Source: Macrostomum lignano (lineage: Eukaryota). Taken from it: 64,000 nt of DNA. The notes beneath the pieces are model-generated. The model did no database searches, had not been told where the DNA came from, and saw only the letters and a list, made by a program, of their open reading frames with translations. How positions within the stretch are numbered: the stretch's first letter is position 1; each line of letters opens with the position of its first letter. This document shows, one piece after another, positions 63,541 to 64,000 of this stretch. Both the position numbers and the translations under genes were made by a program. The stretch is from the NCBI GenBank assembly GCA_002269645.1, contig NIVC01003692.1:1-64000 (forward strand), in the 5' to 3' direction.

Positions 63541-64000
63541 GATACATATCGGCAAGAACAAACTAGCTTTTTTATTTATCGATACATATCGGCAAGAACA
63601 AACTAGCTTTTTTATTTTATCGATACATATTGGCAAGAACAAACTAGCTTTTTTATTTTATCGATACATATCGGCAAGAATAAACTAGCTTTTTTATTTT
63701 ATCGATACATATCGGCAAGAATAAACTAGCTTTCTTATTTTATGGATACATATCGGCAGGAACAGGCTGTAGTTTTTTATTTTATTGATGCATATCGGCA
63801 AGAACAAACTTGCTTTTTTATTTTATCGATACATATTGGCAAGAACAAACTAGCTTTTTTATTTTATCGATACATATCGGCAAGAATAAACTAGCTTTCT
63901 TATTTTATGGATACATATCGGCAGGAACAGGCTGTAGTTTTTTATTTTATTGATGCATATCGGCAAGAACAAACTTGCTTTTTTATTTTATCGATACATA
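63541..64000. repeat. ~42-bp minisatellite gatacatatcggcaagaacaaactagctttttattttatc
   Basis: Tandem array running off the window end, inside G-alpha-o intron. Confidence 0.93.

Overview
Repeat-rich eukaryotic (metazoan) genomic DNA with spliceosomal GT-AG introns. The style, with minisatellite-filled introns and TATC/TGTC microsatellites, resembles a flatworm such as Macrostomum, but this is inference only. Host genes reconstructed by hand: an intronless secreted C-type lectin (-), a 5'-incomplete tetraspanin with an unusually large EC2 loop (+), an Nck-like SH3-SH3-SH2 adaptor (-), ChaC2-like gamma-glutamylcyclotransferase (+), an ORD-only oxysterol-binding protein (+, two apparent 1-nt deletions in exon 3) and G-alpha-o (+, last exon beyond the window). 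Mobile elements: a decayed DIRS/Ngaro tyrosine-recombinase retroelement, LINE fragments, a tRNA-SINE, hAT MITEs, a foldback MULE-like element with 9-bp TSD, a TGT..ACA TIR element holding a solo LTR, and an 8.68-kb CACTA/EnSpm-type transposon (35-bp TIRs starting CCC, 2-bp TSD). The CACTA element carries an intact transposase, an intact 5-exon BEN-like gene and a nested mariner. Best lead: this CACTA element sits inside a coding exon of the Nck-like gene, and its palindromic terminus CCCTAGGG supplies a new in-frame 3' splice site that could let the host splice the whole transposon out.
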